A DNA stretch of 61,915 bases, the filler included, from Hausera hauseri (taxonomy: Eukaryota), in NCBI GenBank assembly GCA_046269625.1. It is 11 parts of 11 records of this genome, joined end to end, with 100 filler letters (N's around TTAATTAATTAA, not from the genome) between each part and the next. Parts side by side here need not be neighbours in the genome. Positions count along the whole stretch, not along the records: positions 57,362 to 61,915 come from JBJURY010463689.1; 10 more parts are not named here. One strand, 5' to 3'. This document shows, piece by piece, positions 61,541-61,915 of this stretch; position 1 is the stretch's first letter; every line of letters begins with the position of its first letter. Below the pieces are notes generated by a model, which saw only the letters and a program-made list of their open reading frames with translations, ran no database searches and was not told the origin of the DNA. The translations under genes were made by a program, and so were the position numbers.

Positions 61541-61915
61541 TGTGCATCAAACGGTAATATTTTGTGACACAGATAACTTTCCTCTGTTATTACAAATATC
61601 AGACGTTCATCTTCATCTGTCCAAATCAGGAGTTTTGTGCTGTTATTGCGATACCACGGTGCGATTTTCGATTCAGCTATTGTTTCAAAATGATTCAGGA
61701 AATCACGAACACAGTTCCAGCCGTGAAAGATGTAATACTGCGGTTGACCTGCAGCTTTTATTGGAACAACAACATTCCGACGGCAATTGGAATATATTTT
61801 ATATCATATACGTTTTTCAGTGGTAGGATTGCCTCAATATCAGAATATACAACGTATGTCGAACTGTCAGTTTTCGACCACACATTAACCTCAGCTCCTT
61901 TTTTACTGGCATGAC

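Noticed and set aside
1-61915. Alternative genetic code or stop read-through to explain in-frame stops
   Set aside because: TAA, TAG and TGA all occur together with frameshifts and deletions, and the env ORF is clean: ordinary decay

Overview
This is not one contiguous locus. It is about 11 short contigs from an AT-rich invertebrate (metazoan) genome, joined by artificial 100-bp spacers (44N-TTAATTAATTAA-44N), so adjacency across spacers means nothing. Most of the content is decayed transposable elements: BEL/Pao LTR element pieces, three CsRn1-like (CHCC-Gag) Gypsy copies, a Gmr1-like Gypsy gag-protease piece, the 3' end of an env-bearing element with an intact F-type Env, mariner, maT/Tc1 and hAT DNA transposons, a Polinton/adintovirus-type pPolB region and a 4.5-kb (TTCG)n satellite. 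There are also chains of intronless, pseudogenised host-gene fragments (HSP110, spectrin-repeat protein, DCAF7, NAA15, NOL10, KAT6, probable EPG5, PPP1R37). Three observations stand out. (1) Two unrelated LTR superfamilies, BEL and Gypsy, each carry a 72-74 aa ubiquitin-like domain ending R[L/I]KGG just upstream of the Gag core, suggesting Gag processing by a host deubiquitinase. (2) Co-oriented host mRNA fragments are joined directly to a shared priming-site-like motif in two Gypsy copies that lack a 5' LTR. (3) A 66-nt CCA-containing, intronless copy of tRNA-Leu(CAA) bridges a host fragment and Gypsy pol. All family assignments come from motif recognition by eye, without database searches; boundaries of decayed features are approximate.
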